Virus record (IMG/VR): IMGVR_UViG_3300039070_000050
Span: 1-51,069 of that record
Length of the DNA: 51,069 bases
Source: a virus
Lineage: Duplodnaviria > Caudoviricetes
Strand: one strand, 5' to 3'
Shown here: in pieces, positions 47,617-51,069 of the stretch
How the letters are laid out: every line of letters starts with the position of its first letter
How positions within the stretch are numbered: position 1 is the stretch's first letter
Notes under the pieces: generated by a model
Told to the model about the DNA's origin: nothing
Seen by the model: only the letters and a program-made list of their open reading frames with translations
The model's database searches: none
Position numbers and translations under genes: made by a program

Positions 47617-47660
47617 ATCCGTCACAGGATTGGCATTTTTTTGTTTGGTTTAGGTTAATT

Positions 47661-47696
47661 AGAAGAGGCTACATATTGTAGTCTCTTTCTTTTTTT
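47661..47696 (+). terminator. Rho-independent terminator
   Basis: AGAGGCTACA-TAT-TGTAGTCTCT followed by a T-run. Confidence 0.7.
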
Positions 47697-47746
47697 ATAG
47701 GTTAATAAATTATAGTATATTTACACAAATTATACTTGGCTCTGAT

Positions 47747-50700
47747 ATGGCAGTAACATTCAATATACAGTTTAGAATAAGCGTTGCGACAAAAGTTATT
47801 CGCTTAACAGACACCTCAACAGGCTTTACATACGGCAAAGGATGCTTTAAAGTAGAGTTTCCTAACGGAGTTGTTAGAAACTTACCTGACTTTAGTACTC
47901 CTGATATATCTACTGCTGGAAACCCTATAGATATTCCTTGTGAGGTAGATGCAAGTGGCAACGTAGTTACAGGTACTTATATTATATCTTATGCGGTTAT
48001 AAATAATCTTTCTGCTGGGCAGACCCCATTAGTAAGAACATTTGATTTTAATTGGATTGAGCCTACTAACGGAATTACTAACTTCTCAGATGTTATTACT
48101 CCTGAGGTAGTATTTAAAGACCTTACGTCTTATTCTCCTATTGGTAGTTTTACGGGGGCACTTACAAGAACTATATCAAGTAGCTTTCCTAGTACCTCTG
48201 AGGTGTCAGGAAGTTCTCCTGTAACATCTACGTCAACAAATACAATCACAGTTGCTTCTGGAGCAAATTATTATGAGGGGGTTTATACTCCTACAAGTGC
48301 TGTATCTGTAGCATATACCCATACTTCTAACGCTTGGCTAACAATCTTATATACAAGAACTTTCTCTAAGACGTTTGATATTAGAAAATGTCCTAATCAA
48401 CTAGAGTTAGTTCAAAAGATTAATGCTTATAGGGTAATTATAGATGCATACAAGGGGACTAATGACACCCAATTTAATTTATTAAGTGAGCAGTATGACT
48501 TAGTTATTGCGTTATATTCTCACTTGATTGCTATGCACCAGACCACCACACAAGATGGTTCTGAGCCTATCCTAAGAGAGTTGTTGTCAATACTTGAGCC
48601 TTATTCAGGAACATATTCCCCCCAGCCAACTAAGATGCTAACATTTTCGTTAGCTGTTTCGGGGGCTAATTCATTCAATATATCTGACGGCACAAATACA
48701 GACGCTGTTCCACTAGGAAGTACTTTAACATTTGCTTCGGGGAATGCGGCACTAGTGCCTATAGTTACAAATAATAATATTACCTACTCGCCTACCTTTG
48801 GCACACTAATAAATACATTTGCTCAAGGTAACGACTCAAGGTTTCATAACCCTGTAACGATTGGTACTGCTAATGGACTAAGTATCTCTACGCAGGCATT
48901 ATCTTTAGCCGCTGCTACTACAGGTAGTGCGGGAGCGATGAGTGCGTCTGACAAGACTAAGTTAGATGGGATTGCTTCAGGTGCTACTGCTAACACAGGT
49001 ACTGTTACAAGTGTAGCTTTAACTGTCCCTGCTGCGTTTAGCGTATCAGGCTCTCCTATAACTACTGCAGGTACGCTTGCTATTACAGCGGGGGGTACAT
49101 CTGCTGAGTATATTACAGGAGCAGGAGCTTTAGTTACATTAAATACTGCAAACGTACCTGAGAATACAAACCTATACTTTACTACCTCTAGAGCTAGGAC
49201 TTCTATAAGTCTAACTACTACAGGAACTACAGGAGCAGCTACTTACGATAATACAACGGGGGTTTTAAATATCCCTTCTTATATTGGAGGCGTAACCTCC
49301 TTTAATACTAGGACTGGTGCGATAGTTTTGTCTAGTGCAGATGTCACAACAGCATTAACTTATACGCCAGTTCCTACCAATAGAAATCTAACCATTAATG
49401 GACTTAGCTTTGACTTGTCTGCTGATAGGAGTTGGACTATAGCAGCAGGTGTTACCTCGTTTAATACACGAACAGGGGCTATTACACCTACGGCGGGAGA
49501 CTATACTACAGCGTTGGTTACTGAGGTTACTAACCTTTATTACACAGACGCTAGGGCACGAGCTGCTATAAGTCTTACTACTACAGGAACAAGTGGAAGT
49601 GCTACTTATAATAACACTACAGGAGTTCTAAATATCCCCGCTTATCAAGGCGGTGTAACGAGCTTTAATACAAGGACTGGTGCAATCACCTTAACAAGTT
49701 CTGATGTTACAACTGCGTTAACGTATACCCCCTACAACGCAACGAATCCGTCCGCTTATATTGCCTTAACTTCTTTAAGTTTTGCAGCAGGGAGCGGAGC
49801 ATATAATAATACCACAGGTGTTATAACTATCCCTACAAACAACACACATTTAACAAATGGGGCTGGGTATATAACGGGCATCACAAGTGGTAATGTAACT
49901 GCTGCTCTAGGGTTTACCCCCGAAAACGCAGCAAATAAAGGAATAGCTAATGGCTACGCTTCCTTAGATGGAGGGGGTTTAGTTCCTTCTACACAGCTAC
50001 CTTCTTATGTAGACGATGTGTTGGAGTTTGCTAACTTAGCGGCACTACCTGCAACAGGAGAGACGGGTAAGATATACGTTGCATTAGATACTAACAAGAT
50101 TTATCGTTGGTCTGGCTCCGCCTACATCGAGGTTTCGCCTACGGTTGGAACGATTTGGGGTGGTATCACAGGAACATTGTCTAATCAGACTGACTTACAG
50201 AATGTTTTAAATTTAAAAGCACCATTAGCATCCCCTACTTTTACAGGAACGGTAATACTTCCAACAGGAACGGTTGCAAGTGCTGATTTAAATTGGACAT
50301 ACTATACAGATGAAGTAGACCTACCTTCTGCAACTACAAAGCACGGAATGTTTGCACACGTCCACAACACAGGTGCAGCATACTATGCCCACGCAGGAAG
50401 TTGGTACAAATTAGCTAAACAAACAGACTTAGATTTAAAAGCACCTTTGGCTTCGCCTACATTTACAGGTACCGTTTCGGGTATTACTAAGTCAATGGTT
50501 GGTTTAGGAAATGTAGATAATACAACAGATGCCAATAAGCCAGTAAGTACAGCCACACAAACTGCATTAAATTTAAAATATGATGCAACTAATCCAAATA
50601 ATTATATTGCGTTAACAGCATTAAGTTTTGTAGCAGGAAGTGGAGCGTATAATAACACTACAGGGGTTATAACAATTCCTACAAACAACACTCATTTAAC

Positions 50701-51069
50701 AAACGGTTCTAATTACATAACATTAGCGTCATTAAGTTTTGTAGCAGGTAGTGGAGGATATAATTCTACTACAGGAGTAATAACAATTCCTACTAATAAT
50801 AGCCAACTAACAAACGGTTCTAATTATATAACATTAACGGGATTATCTTCTACGGCTACAGGACTAACATATACTAACACTACAGGAGTATTTAGTCTAA
50901 CTGCTGGTTACGAAATACCAACAACTGCATCTATTGCAACTTGGGATACGGCTTATACTAACAGAATTACTTCTTTAACAGTTACAGGTTCAAGTGGTGC
51001 AGCTACATTAGTTTCTAACGTACTGAATATTCCTACTTATACCCTAACAGGATTAGGGGGAGTTCCTAC
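47747..51069 (+). CDS. Tail/head fibre protein, 3'-truncated
   Basis: Starts MAVTFNIQFR... and appears open to the window end, so it is absent from the track. Thr/Gly/Ala-rich with fibre motifs MSASDKTKLDGI, VTSFNTRTGAI x3, YNNTTGV(L/I)(N/T)IP repeats, VGLGNVDNT.D..KP.S. Confidence 0.85.
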   Translation, partial: MAVTFNIQFRISVATKVIRLTDTSTGFTYGKGCFKVEFPNGVVRNLPDFSTPDISTAGNPIDIPCEVDASGNVVTGTYIISYAVINNLSAGQTPLVRTFDFNWIEPTNGITNFSDVITPEVVFKDLTSYSPIGSFTGALTRTISSSFPSTSEVSGSSPVTSTSTNTITVASGANYYEGVYTPTSAVSVAYTHTSNAWLTILYTRTFSKTFDIRKCPNQLELVQKINAYRVIIDAYKGTNDTQFNLLSEQYDLVIALYSHLIAMHQTTTQDGSEPILRELLSILEPYSGTYSPQPTKMLTFSLAVSGANSFNISDGTNTDAVPLGSTLTFASGNAALVPIVTNNNITYSPTFGTLINTFAQGNDSRFHNPVTIGTANGLSISTQALSLAAATTGSAGAMSASDKTKLDGIASGATANTGTVTSVALTVPAAFSVSGSPITTAGTLAITAGGTSAEYITGAGALVTLNTANVPENTNLYFTTSRARTSISLTTTGTTGAATYDNTTGVLNIPSYIGGVTSFNTRTGAIVLSSADVTTALTYTPVPTNRNLTINGLSFDLSADRSWTIAAGVTSFNTRTGAITPTAGDYTTALVTEVTNLYYTDARARAAISLTTTGTSGSATYNNTTGVLNIPAYQGGVTSFNTRTGAITLTSSDVTTALTYTPYNATNPSAYIALTSLSFAAGSGAYNNTTGVITIPTNNTHLTNGAGYITGITSGNVTAALGFTPENAANKGIANGYASLDGGGLVPSTQLPSYVDDVLEFANLAALPATGETGKIYVALDTNKIYRWSGSAYIEVSPTVGTIWGGITGTLSNQTDLQNVLNLKAPLASPTFTGTVILPTGTVASADLNWTYYTDEVDLPSATTKHGMFAHVHNTGAAYYAHAGSWYKLAKQTDLDLKAPLASPTFTGTVSGITKSMVGLGNVDNTTDANKPVSTATQTALNLKYDATNPNNYIALTALSFVAGSGAYNNTTGVITIPTNNTHLTNGSNYITLASLSFVAGSGGYNSTTGVITIPTNNSQLTNGSNYITLTGLSSTATGLTYTNTTGVFSLTAGYEIPTTASIATWDTAYTNRITSLTVTGSSGAATLVSNVLNIPTYTLTGLGGVP

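Noticed and set aside
1-51069. Stop-codon reassignment (TAG or TGA)
   Set aside because: Genes tile densely and appear intact in code 11, and both TAG and TGA end genes that abut the next start.
47747-51069. Diversity-generating retroelement target repeats
   Set aside because: Repeats are in-frame protein modules with mostly synonymous differences rather than adenine-specific ones, and no reverse transcriptase is in the window.

Overview
AT-rich tailed dsDNA phage of a Bacteroidota host, inferred from repeated TAnnTTTG -7 promoter boxes and A-rich leaders without Shine-Dalgarno sites. The virion module is podovirus-like and crAss-like, read in standard code 11. The + arm 1-21835 carries a lysis-type gene end, tail ring and nozzle proteins, two probable ejection proteins, a 3352-aa polyvalent protein, small basic proteins, a ferritin-like gene, a PRTase-like gene and HNH genes. 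The - arm 21816-37744 carries RusA-like and PD-(D/E)xK nucleases, an XRE HTH, an SSB-like gene, DnaB, an iteron-containing replication initiator, a GP88-like gene and many small acidic ORFs. A second + arm 38436-end carries tandem GroES, probable TerS, TerL, portal, scaffold, major capsid protein and a fibre ORF that runs off the window. No DNA or RNA polymerase, integrase, tRNA or CRISPR array was recognised. The most notable signals are: (1) a second, non-coding, inverted copy of the initiator-gene iteron array just before the terminase genes; (2) a dense CCWGG array at the divergence point, grading into the presumed early genes; (3) a recurring [ED]xT[AG]K[AS]Q linker separating the modules of the giant protein; (4) a boxA-like 12-mer repeated four times on the sense strand of the leftward arm. 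All family calls are by-eye motif recognition, with no database searches.
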